From Bacteroidota bacterium (GTDB taxonomy: Bacteria; Bacteroidota; Bacteroidia; AKYH767-A; OLB10): 64,000 bases of DNA. Both the position numbers and the translations under genes were made by a program. The DNA lies in the NCBI GenBank assembly GCA_031366005.1, contig JANLZB010000055.1:1179-65178 (forward strand), given 5' to 3'. Positions 48,860-58,509 of this stretch are shown here, one piece after another. The notes under the pieces were generated by a model. It saw nothing but the letters and a program-made list of their open reading frames with translations, was not told the origin of the DNA and made no database searches. Numbering within the stretch: the stretch's first letter is position 1; each line of letters starts with the position of its first letter.

Positions 48860-49481
48860 GAAAAAAATTAAACTCGAAATAATCGGTCTCTCATTCAGTC
48901 AAACCCAATCCGGTGCTTATGCTTTAGTGCTTGGTGAAGAAATTGGTAAACGCAGATTACCAATAATCATTGGAGGTTTTGAAGCGCAAGCTATAGCTGT
49001 TGAGTTGGAAAACATGACTCCGAGCCGTCCGCTGACGCATGATCTTTTTAAGAATTTTGCAATTGAGTTTGGTCTAACCGTTACAGAAATTGTGATTTAC
49101 AATCTTAAAGAAGGAATTTTTTATTCCAAACTAACCTGTACCAATGGCAATGAGACAAAAGAAATTGATGCACGGACTTCTGACGCAATTGCAATGGCCG
49201 TTCGTTTTAATTGTCCTATTTACACTTACGAATTTATTCTTGCATCGGCAGGAGTTGTGTTAGATGAAAGCGGTGAGGAAGTAGGAGCCACACCAAAATC
49301 CAAATCAACTAAGAAAACGCCAGTAGAGAAAAAAGCAATTACCGGAGGAGAAGGCGAATACGCATCACAAACAGTGGAGGAGCTGAAAGAATCTTTGATG
49401 CGCGCCATTGATGAAGAAGCTTATGAAACGGCTTCAAAAATTCGTGATGAATTGAATAAGAGAAAAAAGAGCTCGCAGTAA
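48858..49481 (+). CDS. Bifunctional nuclease family (DUF151) with C-terminal UVR domain
   Basis: RLPIIIGGFEAQAIA, RPLTHDL, IDARTSDAIAMA, YETASKIRDEL. Confidence 0.92.
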   Translation: MKKIKLEIIGLSFSQTQSGAYALVLGEEIGKRRLPIIIGGFEAQAIAVELENMTPSRPLTHDLFKNFAIEFGLTVTEIVIYNLKEGIFYSKLTCTNGNETKEIDARTSDAIAMAVRFNCPIYTYEFILASAGVVLDESGEEVGATPKSKSTKKTPVEKKAITGGEGEYASQTVEELKESLMRAIDEEAYETASKIRDELNKRKKSSQ

Positions 49482-49486
49482 ATTTT

Positions 49487-50752
49487 TTATTTAAACGAAT
49501 CATATACCGTTTTGTATTGTTTCGCTATAATAGAGTAGGAGTATAAGCTTTTAGTTTTTTCTCTTGCTTTTTGCTTAAGTGTATCATAGCGTTCCTTGTC
49601 TTCTAAAATCCATTTAATTCCATTAGCAAAATCCTCAGCATTGCAGTAATCTGCCAGATAACCGTTTTGCTGATGGTCAATTAAATCAGGAATACCTCCA
49701 ACGTTAAAAGCAACCGAAGGTGTACAACAAGCCATGGCTTCCATAATGGTGTTAGGTAAATTTTCTTCTAACGATGGAAGCACAAACACATCGCTTGCAT
49801 TATAATAATCAGCCATTAACTTTTCATCCGATATATATCCCGGTAAATGCACAGGAAATTCTACTTCTTCATAACCTTCATTCTTCACCTGACCAATCAC
49901 AATCAACTCAATATCGTAAGCAATTTGCTGATCATGTAAAATTTTTAATGCATCCTTTAAATAAGAAATACCTTTATAATAGGTTGAAACATTTGCAGCA
50001 ATAAAAGAGAGATAACGTTTGTCAGGATTCAATCCCAATCGTTTTCGTGCTTCAGCTTTATCTGTGGGTTTATATAATTCTAAATCCAGCGGGTTTGGTA
50101 TCACATGAATTTGTTTCTCATTGAACAGATTACTTTCCAATGCACATTTTGCAAGCCATTTGCTGGGAGTTACAATTTTGAGATTTGCATTTTTATAAAT
50201 CTTATGCTTGAATAGTTTAATACGATTGCTTAAATCATTTGCATGTGGACTTTTCAAAAAAGGACAATTGCCACATACGTTTTTAAAATGATTACAACCA
50301 CGGCTATGATGACAACCACCTGTAAACATCCACATATCATGCAAAGTCCACACCACTGGTTTGCCTGATGCAAATATTTTTGCTAATCCTTTCAGGGAAA
50401 TAAAACCATGGTTGATCCAATGCAAATGCAAAATATCGGCTTCATTAATCCATGGTTGATTGGTGATATTACATCCAACATTAGCTGGAGAAAAATTAAA
50501 ACGAATGTCTTTATTTCTTTCATAAGGAAGAAATAAAAGCCGCTCAAGATAAATTCTTGCAAAAGCAATTCTTCGATTTGTTACTGCGGTATAATCTTTA
50601 TCATTTGCGATGGATTCATCCGGGTAATGAACAAGATGATGAACTTGTAAATCATTTTCTTTTATTAATGCTTCTGACAATCGCCTGCAAGCAACAGCTG
50701 CTCCACCTTTATTGTGATGAGTATTGACAAGCAGAATTTTTTTTGAAGACAT
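49487..50752 (-). CDS. Glycosyltransferase family 4 (WcaC-like)
   Basis: GGAAVACRRL, HLHWIN, WTLHDMW.FTGGCH, PSLEENLPNTIMEAMAC. Confidence 0.9.
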   Translation of the reverse strand: MSSKKILLVNTHHNKGGAAVACRRLSEALIKENDLQVHHLVHYPDESIANDKDYTAVTNRRIAFARIYLERLLFLPYERNKDIRFNFSPANVGCNITNQPWINEADILHLHWINHGFISLKGLAKIFASGKPVVWTLHDMWMFTGGCHHSRGCNHFKNVCGNCPFLKSPHANDLSNRIKLFKHKIYKNANLKIVTPSKWLAKCALESNLFNEKQIHVIPNPLDLELYKPTDKAEARKRLGLNPDKRYLSFIAANVSTYYKGISYLKDALKILHDQQIAYDIELIVIGQVKNEGYEEVEFPVHLPGYISDEKLMADYYNASDVFVLPSLEENLPNTIMEAMACCTPSVAFNVGGIPDLIDHQQNGYLADYCNAEDFANGIKWILEDKERYDTLKQKAREKTKSLYSYSIIAKQYKTVYDSFK

Positions 50753-50770
50753 TTTTTTGACGTTATTTTA

Positions 50771-50914
50771 GAACGCGGATGACGCTGATAAAATGGATTT
50801 AAAAGGGATTAAATCTGCTGTTGTCATTTTAATGGAACGCGGATGACGCTTATAAAATGGATTTAAATGGATTAAATCAGTTCTTATCCTTTCCATCCGT
50901 TTCATCCGCGTTCC
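50771..50914. repeat. Two direct ~46-bp copies (period 64) plus one inverted partial copy, GAACGCGGAT family
   Basis: gaacgcggatgacgct(g/t)ataaaatggatttaaa at 50771 and 50835; atccgtttcatccgcgttcc at 50895-50914. Confidence 0.88.
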
Positions 50915-50921
50915 AATCATT

Positions 50922-51917
50922 TCAACAAGAATAAAACTTTTTCAATTGCTCTTTAAACTCATTCAAATTCCAATCACGCACCAGTACACGTGGCAAAGCA
51001 TGTAAGTTACTCCAACTATGCACCTGGTTATGATAATTGGCACAGGTCATTTTAAAATTTAATGCTTTGCAAACTTCAATGCTATCAGCATTAAAATCTT
51101 TTTTTGAGCCGAAAGGATAAGAAGCATGTTCAATTTTTGTATTCAGTAATTGTACTAAAAAATCTTTCGACATTTTCATTTCATGCATTTGCACATCTTT
51201 ATTAAACATTGACATAGGAGAATGAGAATGTGTGTGTGCACCAATTACTGCAGATTTTGAAGCATGCAATTTTTTTAGCTCTTCAAAGGTGAGTAAACGA
51301 TGTGTAGCTCTGCCCGTTACATTTACTCCAACGTGATTACGTAATTCAAGTAATAAGTTTTCACGATGTAAAGGCAGTTGCCATTTCAAAAGCGGATGTA
51401 ATATAAAATAAGTTTCATTTCGCTGTTCATCAGTTGAGGTTGGAAATGAAAAATCTTTTCCCTTAATTTTTAAGTTAATTACCTGAGGAAGTTTTTTGCC
51501 GGTTAATAGAATTCGTTCAAGCTCATCCCACCATAATTCATTGGTTGTATTAATGTGTGATGTGGTGATATAAAAAATTGCTTCAGCATTATTGCTTTCT
51601 AATATTGGAATAACTTCATTATAATTATCTGCATAACCATCATCAAATGTTATTAAAGCAGTGTGCTTTGGAAATTTCTTTTTGGATTGTATAAGATGTG
51701 CAAATTCATCAGCTGTTACCACATTATAATTCTTCTTTAAAAATGAAACCTGCTCATTAAAATTATCTGGTGAAACAGCAAGCAGTTGTGTATCAATTTC
51801 AAGTTTTGTTACACGATGATAAATAAAAATTACTGCTGGGGTGTCAATAAGATTGGAGATGTATCTTATTGGAGTGGAGGCAGTGTTGAAGAGAATGGAT
51901 TTAAGAGATAAATTCAT
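50922..51917 (-). CDS. Polysaccharide deacetylase (probable start ATG 51917)
   Basis: IFIYHRV, LITFDDGYADN, WWDEL, IGAHTHSH, SYPFG, LPR. Confidence 0.9.
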   Translation of the reverse strand: MNLSLKSILFNTASTPIRYISNLIDTPAVIFIYHRVTKLEIDTQLLAVSPDNFNEQVSFLKKNYNVVTADEFAHLIQSKKKFPKHTALITFDDGYADNYNEVIPILESNNAEAIFYITTSHINTTNELWWDELERILLTGKKLPQVINLKIKGKDFSFPTSTDEQRNETYFILHPLLKWQLPLHRENLLLELRNHVGVNVTGRATHRLLTFEELKKLHASKSAVIGAHTHSHSPMSMFNKDVQMHEMKMSKDFLVQLLNTKIEHASYPFGSKKDFNADSIEVCKALNFKMTCANYHNQVHSWSNLHALPRVLVRDWNLNEFKEQLKKFYSC

Positions 51918-51971
51918 GCTGAAAATCGGATCTCTTTCGTGCTGGGCATTTGTGAAGGTCGGTGTTGTCAA

Positions 51972-52415
51972 TCAACTTCTTGCTGTTCTCAAAGCAAGCA
52001 ATTCAGTGGTATTATAAACTCGTTTGAAATTTTTTCGTTTGAGTCCATTGAAGAGTTCCTTGTCACCTGTCCACAAATGACCTTTGAGGTGTTTCGTGAG
52101 TGCTACAAAATCAGAATCATCAATGTCAATGCTTCCAACAATTTCTTCTGCCGTTTTCCATGTCTTACTTGGAATAAGTTCTTCATTGATGAAATTTATC
52201 TTTGTAAATAATCTGAATTTTGAAATCTGTAATTCGCCTTCAGATAAGTTGGAAATTCGTTTGAGTTTTTCCCAATGTTTTTCAATTTCATAGCGCATGT
52301 AGCCGCAACTATAAAATTGAAAAACATTGTCCGAATTAAAAAGCAAATCACCAATTGTTCCATTAGTATTCAGCATTGCACTGAAAACAATATTTGTGTC
52401 AACAATAACTTTCAC
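51972..52415 (-). CDS. PIN domain toxin
   Basis: VIVDTNIVFSA, IDIDDSDFVAL, LWTGDKEL. Confidence 0.9.
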   Translation of the reverse strand: MKVIVDTNIVFSAMLNTNGTIGDLLFNSDNVFQFYSCGYMRYEIEKHWEKLKRISNLSEGELQISKFRLFTKINFINEELIPSKTWKTAEEIVGSIDIDDSDFVALTKHLKGHLWTGDKELFNGLKRKNFKRVYNTTELLALRTARS

Positions 52416-52615
52416 TTGATAAATCGGCTACGGTTTTTTTTCCACCAGCCTTTCTTAACTTCTCTGGCAAGTTTGTCCACAGCAGTCTGTTTTGCTTTTG
52501 ATTTGGAAGTTGCTTCCTTATAGCTCAAATAATCCACTATCCGTTGCAAACCTTCTGTGTCCACATAGGAGGGAAGCCGAATTATCACTTCATTATTTGT
52601 TCTCTCTATCAACAT
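52412..52615 (-). CDS. Cognate antitoxin (probable start ATG 52615)
   Basis: MLIERTNNEVIIRLP...KGWWKKNR; 4-nt overlap with the PIN gene; the ORF-track TTG start lies inside a TATCTTTG -7 box (52634-52641). Confidence 0.75.
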   Translation of the reverse strand: MLIERTNNEVIIRLPSYVDTEGLQRIVDYLSYKEATSKSKAKQTAVDKLAREVKKGWWKKNRSRFIK

Positions 52616-52898
52616 AAGTTCTATTTCTTGTTTCAAAGATAGCTAATGAAAAGCTAAATTGTTTTAGTCAATAATACGGTCACCTAAACGATCAAAATAT
52701 TGACAGTTCGCTTTTAAGCAATCTGCTCATTAAATTTCAGACGATATGGCAAGTTGTTATGTGTCTATTTTTAATATCGGTTACGCGATGGTAAATTAAA
52801 ATTACAGAGGGCGTAGTATCTACAAGATTTGAAATATATCTTGCAGGTGTGTTGATTGAATTGTAAATAAAAGATTTAACAGACATTGCTATTCATCG

Positions 52899-53702
52899 CT
52901 ATCGATAAGCATAAATATTCAACTGCATATCCATTACTTTTTCTTTTACTTTTTTTAGAAATGGTTGTCTGAGTTTATAATTATTTTCCATGTTATAACG
53001 CAAACCGTTTTTTTCAAAAATACCTAATATAGCTGACAGGTTTTGTTTACTTTTTGAATAAGAATGATACTCCAGGAATACATGTTGCACATGTCCGAGG
53101 CTGTTTTCACAATCCAACATCACTTCTGATTCAGCTCCTTCAATATCCATTTTTAACATGTCAACCTGATTTTCTTTTTCAAGCCAGTCACGCAATCTTA
53201 TTGCCTGTACTAATTGTTTATTTGCTGAGTTATTCATCAGTGAACCACCATCAGCACCTTCACTGCTAAAATTAAGTTGTTCTTCATTGATCCAAACAGC
53301 TTTATTAATCACCTCAGCATTATTAATATTATTTGAATCTAAATTATTTCGTGCAATCTCACTGATTTTTTTATCCGCTTCAAAAGCTAATATTTTTGCA
53401 TTAGGAAATTTGTTTGCAAAGAATAAACTTGCTAACCCAACATTAGCACCACAATCATAAATGACTGGTTGTTTTGCATCAGTTTCAAAATCATAACAGC
53501 GGTCAACCATTATTTCTTTATACTGCCACACAAACGATATTGCATCAGGAATGGAGAATTGATAACCGTTAAATGAAATTTTTCTTTCAATAAATCTGGG
53601 ACTGTTCCCATATTTCAACAACATCCACAAAAACTTACGATAATTCTTTTCTGATAAAATATCATAAGGCACTTTCATTGTTTGCTGAACAAATGCTTTC
53701 AT
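52899..53702 (-). CDS. FkbM family methyltransferase
   Basis: IYDCGANVG, AFEAD, LKMDIEGAE, LEYH. Confidence 0.9.
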   Translation of the reverse strand: MKAFVQQTMKVPYDILSEKNYRKFLWMLLKYGNSPRFIERKISFNGYQFSIPDAISFVWQYKEIMVDRCYDFETDAKQPVIYDCGANVGLASLFFANKFPNAKILAFEADKKISEIARNNLDSNNINNAEVINKAVWINEEQLNFSSEGADGGSLMNNSANKQLVQAIRLRDWLEKENQVDMLKMDIEGAESEVMLDCENSLGHVQHVFLEYHSYSKSKQNLSAILGIFEKNGLRYNMENNYKLRQPFLKKVKEKVMDMQLNIYAYR

Positions 53703-54400
53703 CGGTTAATTGGTTTTGTTGCAACAATTGTTATCACTACCTGGTAATCGTTGTCTTGAAATATTAATTCTTCCTTTGTTAATTCCTCCACTGTAATTCC
53801 CTGAAGCAATGCTGTGGCACTCAAAACATTTCCATAAGAATTTACTTTTACTTCTTTACCAAAAATTTCTTCAAAAGATTGCTGAATTGATTTGGTTGTA
53901 AATCTCCAGTAATCTCCCCAGCGATCCATATCATAACGCGAAATCTGACATATACCCGCAACGGTACATAACATTACTCCGCCAGGTTTTAACAAATGAT
54001 AAGATCCGTTTATTGCTTTTTTAAAATCATAAATGAAATTAAGCGTTTGTGTGCAGATGAAACAATCTATATTATTTTCAGGAAGCGTTTCCAGTTTTGT
54101 TAAATCACCAATGATTGTAGCTTTTTTATTACTTGCATCATAATGTAAAATTTCAAAAGACGAAATATTATTTCCAAACTTTCTGCTATAGGTATTATCA
54201 GAAATTTCTAGCACATTTCCGCTAATAAATGATTGATTTGTTTTCAAAAATTCTTCAATGTAAAACCGGTCAACGGAAGTTCCTCGGTGAAAACCAAATT
54301 GCTTAGATACAGGTTGCTTGTTACGCAAATCATACCATTTAACCGGAGACGTTTTCCTGGTGATACTTTTTATTAACTGAATAAAAATTTCTTTTAGCAA
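53699..54400 (-). CDS. Class I SAM-dependent methyltransferase (glycan locus)
   Basis: FGFHRGTSVDRFYIE, DCFICTQTL, LKPGG, DYWRFT. Confidence 0.82.
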   Translation of the reverse strand: MLKEIFIQLIKSITRKTSPVKWYDLRNKQPVSKQFGFHRGTSVDRFYIEEFLKTNQSFISGNVLEISDNTYSRKFGNNISSFEILHYDASNKKATIIGDLTKLETLPENNIDCFICTQTLNFIYDFKKAINGSYHLLKPGGVMLCTVAGICQISRYDMDRWGDYWRFTTKSIQQSFEEIFGKEVKVNSYGNVLSATALLQGITVEELTKEELIFQDNDYQVVITIVATKPINR

Positions 54401-54475
54401 CGGTTTATATTATTGATTTGTCAGAAGAATTTCAGAAAATATTTTAATTGAAAAATAATTTATCATTAAGCGGAT

Positions 54476-55426
54476 TTATTTTGCTGTATTAATAGACAAA
54501 TATTTCTTAATAATTTTTTTCATCTTATGCTTAATCTTACTTTGAATATTCATTCCTGCATTATGATGCAAAAAATTTCCAAACAATTTTTCAATCTGAT
54601 AATTATTTTTGACTTGTATTTTATCTAATTGAACGGGCTTGTTTGAAACATCAGTATGTAAATAATCAATTGCTGTGTTATGATGTGTTGCTTCAGGATC
54701 ATTACCTTCATGTTTTACGAGTGAATAAGCAGGATATAAAGTTAACTTATTATGAAGGTATGCAACCGCTCGCCAGTTAATCGCCCATGAATCAGTTTTA
54801 CCTGTAATCTGTTTTTTCATTTGTCGCATAAAAGGATAACCACCATAAAAATTAAATTCTTTTTGTAATCCTTTTTCTTTTAATTGATCATACAGTTTTG
54901 AAGTATTACTGTCAAATAATTTCCATGTCCTCTTCCATGTTGCCCAACCTAAACAACCGGGATCATGGATAAAAAATGTTGTGCCTTCAATAATTTTTTC
55001 AACGCCTGCAGGATAAACATATCCATGAATGGCTATTACATCTTCATCATCTTTATAGAGATTCAACGCATCGTTGAAATACTGTAAAAAATAATTTGAT
55101 AGTGTAAGATCATCTTCGAGGATAATTGCTTTTTCATGTTTTTCAATCACATCAGTAACTCCTTTAATGATAGATTTTGCTAATCCTTTATTGAATTCCG
55201 ATTCTTCGATAATTATTTCCTTACACCATTGTTCACTCTTAATAATTTTTCTTGTTTCTTCAATTTTTTTTAGTTGCGGATGCGAAGCATTTGGTTTTGG
55301 CCCATCACAAAAAATATACAAAACACTTTCTTTTGCTTCTTTGTTTTTCATCAGACTTTGAAGCGTACGTAATGTGTGTTCAGGGCGATTGTAAACAAAA
55401 AGAATTATTGGTGCTAACTTATCCAT
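54476..55426 (-). CDS. GT-A type glycosyltransferase
   Basis: APIILFVYNRPEHT, NKGLAKSI, IILEDD, WATW, DSWAINW. Confidence 0.8.
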   Translation of the reverse strand: MDKLAPIILFVYNRPEHTLRTLQSLMKNKEAKESVLYIFCDGPKPNASHPQLKKIEETRKIIKSEQWCKEIIIEESEFNKGLAKSIIKGVTDVIEKHEKAIILEDDLTLSNYFLQYFNDALNLYKDDEDVIAIHGYVYPAGVEKIIEGTTFFIHDPGCLGWATWKRTWKLFDSNTSKLYDQLKEKGLQKEFNFYGGYPFMRQMKKQITGKTDSWAINWRAVAYLHNKLTLYPAYSLVKHEGNDPEATHHNTAIDYLHTDVSNKPVQLDKIQVKNNYQIEKLFGNFLHHNAGMNIQSKIKHKMKKIIKKYLSINTAK

Positions 55427-55485
55427 AGAGTAATTTCAAAATTCAGCAAAATTATTGAGATCAACCGTTGCTAAAATATTTGAAT

Positions 55486-56982
55486 TCATTTTTTAAATTT
55501 CTTAAATATCGTTGTCGTAACATTATTTAAATCCTCCGAAATTCTCCATTTCAAAATGATTCCAATAAATAAGACTGAAATTATAATTGATTTTATTGAT
55601 AGCAAAAGCAGACTCGTTAATATACCTGATTCCCGATCGGGAAAAATCAGCGTGACTGTATAGGTGATGAGTACAGTTAACAAAATCAATAACGTTTTTT
55701 TGGAGTAAGGTTGTATTCTAAATTTCATCCATACATAAATCAACTTGATAAGTGTGTAAATAAATATGGAAGATGCGGCTGCAAATGCGGCACCGTTAAT
55801 TCCATAAACAGGAATAAAAGCCAGGTTAAAACAAATGGTTAATAATGCAAGCACAGCGATGGATGTAAGTCCGAAGCGAAAGAATTTTGAGTTTAAAATA
55901 ATTTCAGTATTTACACCGGATGCCATATCAATTAAACGGGCAAGAGCGATAAAAAACACCACATATTTACCTTGATTATAAATAGCAGTGTTGGGCATTA
56001 TTGCAAATATTGCATCAATGTTACACCATATTATCAGAAACAAAAACGCTCCTGCTATTAACTGGTTGAGTGCAGTTTTTTCATACAGTTCTTTAACCTG
56101 TGGCAAGTCATTTTTATTTAATGCATTTACAAGTATGGGTGTTGATATCTGCGTTATGGATCGTTTCGGTATTTCAATTACTGTAGCAATAAATAAAGCC
56201 ATTACATAAATACCTGTTGATTTTAAATTAGTCATTGCAGGAAGCATCAGCACATCAATCTTTGTAGAAAGCATGTGTCCCAATCCTCCTAATACTATAA
56301 ATAATCCATACACTATCATTTCTTTTAATGTACTTTGATTTAAAAAAGAAAAATTTTTATTCAGATCAAGCTTACCAAGTTTTTTTAAATAAACAATTAA
56401 TAAGATCGGAGCGCCACCAATTGCAACAATCATAAATATAAGATACCAGTCGAAGCTGATAATTTGTGCAGCAAAAAGAAGTATCAGTATTGAGTTTGTA
56501 AGTTTGAGAAAAATTTCGCGTACGATTGAAGAAGCAACGATGCGTTCATTCACCTGGCAATAGGCTTCGAAAATATTCAGGTATATTGAGAATAAAACAA
56601 TGGGAAGAAGATAATAATAGTATTCAATGAGTTCAGGTGCGTTTGCCTGATAATAATGCACAAAGATTTGTTTGGAAAAGAAATAGAGAAAAAGAAAAAG
56701 GATGAAACCAACAAGTCCGTACGTTAAAAGAAAGTAAAGGAACCCGTGATTATTTTTCTGCTGCTGTTTGAAGTGAGAAAAATATTTAATGGCAATATAT
56801 GGTATGCCAAGTTGAGCAATAGATGTAAACAACAATGCATTTTCAAATATTACTCTGCTTAAACCTACCTGTGAGGGTGAAAAATATTTTGCAGCAAGAA
56901 AAACAATATTAAAAACACCAATGGCAACACCTACGTAAGAAACGATGGTGCTTTTAATACTCTGCCTGATTACTATTCCCAT
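55486..56982 (-). CDS. Wzx-like oligosaccharide flippase
   Basis: MGIVIRQSIK start, about 12-14 TM segments, KIDVLML, YGINGAAFA. Confidence 0.88.
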   Translation of the reverse strand: MGIVIRQSIKSTIVSYVGVAIGVFNIVFLAAKYFSPSQVGLSRVIFENALLFTSIAQLGIPYIAIKYFSHFKQQQKNNHGFLYFLLTYGLVGFILFLFLYFFSKQIFVHYYQANAPELIEYYYYLLPIVLFSIYLNIFEAYCQVNERIVASSIVREIFLKLTNSILILLFAAQIISFDWYLIFMIVAIGGAPILLIVYLKKLGKLDLNKNFSFLNQSTLKEMIVYGLFIVLGGLGHMLSTKIDVLMLPAMTNLKSTGIYVMALFIATVIEIPKRSITQISTPILVNALNKNDLPQVKELYEKTALNQLIAGAFLFLIIWCNIDAIFAIMPNTAIYNQGKYVVFFIALARLIDMASGVNTEIILNSKFFRFGLTSIAVLALLTICFNLAFIPVYGINGAAFAAASSIFIYTLIKLIYVWMKFRIQPYSKKTLLILLTVLITYTVTLIFPDRESGILTSLLLLSIKSIIISVLFIGIILKWRISEDLNNVTTTIFKKFKK

Positions 56983-57630
56983 CTAAATTCCAAGGCAGTT
57001 ATGCTGCCTGTAAAAAATGGAAGTGCAACTGTTAATGTTTGAAATAGGAACCATCCCTGTAAAATCTATTCGTTTAAATCCGGAAGAAAGCAACAGTTGA
57101 TAAGAACTATCGTAATCCTCACGGTCAGTATTGTCAAACACAATTATTCCATCATCAGTAAGTTTCAGCAAAGCGTGTTTAAGGCAGTTATTTCTGTCTT
57201 CTCCATCATTAATTATGATATGATAGTTTTCAGTTGCATTTAAGACTTCTCTAGCATAATCTCCGTTTTCCTGTAGTTCTCTAAAAATAATTGTAGAATT
57301 AGTTGGAACCTTCTTATTCATTTTTTCATACCAGCTCTTATTATGTTCTACTGATTTTATGGATTTAATTCTCTCTGCATACCATAATGTAGAATTACCA
57401 CAGCCAAATTCAAACGCAATAAAATTTTTCCTAAGTCGTGGTTCAATAAATTTGATAAACGGATAGGTACACCAGGGAATTGGTTGTCCATTTTTGTCAA
57501 TACTTTCTTTTGTGTAAAAGCTATTGTACCAGCCATCATCTATTAATGCTCCATTCAGCATAAGCTGTATCGGTCCGCCAATTTTTAGTGTATTAAGAAT
57601 AGACCAAATAATTTTTTTTATTTTTTTCAA
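56983..57630 (-). CDS. Methyltransferase-fold protein (probable start TTG 57630)
   Basis: PIPWCTYP, FEFGCGNST, SVEHN, IINDG, VFDNTDR; its stop abuts the flippase ATG. Confidence 0.7.
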   Translation of the reverse strand: MKKIKKIIWSILNTLKIGGPIQLMLNGALIDDGWYNSFYTKESIDKNGQPIPWCTYPFIKFIEPRLRKNFIAFEFGCGNSTLWYAERIKSIKSVEHNKSWYEKMNKKVPTNSTIIFRELQENGDYAREVLNATENYHIIINDGEDRNNCLKHALLKLTDDGIIVFDNTDREDYDSSYQLLLSSGFKRIDFTGMVPISNINSCTSIFYRQHNCLGI

Positions 57631-57750
57631 AGGGAATACAATATTTATGATGCAAAGAAAAGAAAAGCGGGTGATACTCATTTTTACATCCCAATAGTTG
57701 ATTCAAATATTATTGCTATTAAAGTATTTTTGCTTTACCTGTTATTATTA

Positions 57751-58509
57751 ATGCCAGACACATTCACTCCCCTTATTTCCATCATTACTGTTGTTTACAA
57801 TGCAAAGCAAGCATTGGAATCTACTATCAATAGCATCGTTTCGCAAAACAACCAATCATACGAGTACATTGTTATTGATGGGGGATCAACAGACGGAACT
57901 CTTGAAATAATTAAACAACATGAATCTCATATAGCATATTGGGTAAGTGAACCAGACAAGGGATTGTATGATGCAATGAACAAAGGATTACGTGCTTCAA
58001 AAGGAAAATACATCTGGTTTATGAATGCTGGTGATTTGATTTATGATAACTATGTAATTGAAAACATTGCTAATATTTATTCACCTAATTCAGATATTTT
58101 TTATGGAGAAACGGTGATGATTGATGCTCTGGGAAATATATTGGGAGACAGAAGACTGAAAGCACCGGAAACACTCTCTTATGAAAGTTTAAAACAAGGT
58201 ATGGTGGTATGTCATCAGTCATTTATTGCAAAAAAATCATGTTGTGCATTTTATGATACGCAATATAAGATTGCAGCAGATATTGACTGGATGATTAAAA
58301 CATTAAAGAGCAGCAGGAATATTGTGAATATGCATCAATACATTACCCGTTTCAAAGATGATGGATTATCAAAGAAAAATATTCCAAGAAGTTTGAAGGA
58401 ACGCTTTAAAATAATGGTGCATCATTATGGAATTATATCAACAGTGCTAAATCACTTTCGCTTAGGAACCAACTTTTTTCTTTACGTTTTGCGAAACGGG
58501 AGGTTCTGA
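57751..58509 (+). CDS. Glycosyltransferase family 2 (WcaE-like; probable start ATG 57751)
   Basis: ISIITVVYNA, IDGGSTDGT, EPDKGLYDAMNKG, FMNAGD, CHQS, AADIDW. Confidence 0.9.
   Translation: MPDTFTPLISIITVVYNAKQALESTINSIVSQNNQSYEYIVIDGGSTDGTLEIIKQHESHIAYWVSEPDKGLYDAMNKGLRASKGKYIWFMNAGDLIYDNYVIENIANIYSPNSDIFYGETVMIDALGNILGDRRLKAPETLSYESLKQGMVVCHQSFIAKKSCCAFYDTQYKIAADIDWMIKTLKSSRNIVNMHQYITRFKDDGLSKKNIPRSLKERFKIMVHHYGIISTVLNHFRLGTNFFLYVLRNGRF

Noticed and set aside
50771-50880. CRISPR array
   Set aside because: Only two direct copies with an ~18-nt gap, an inverted partner, and no cas genes.
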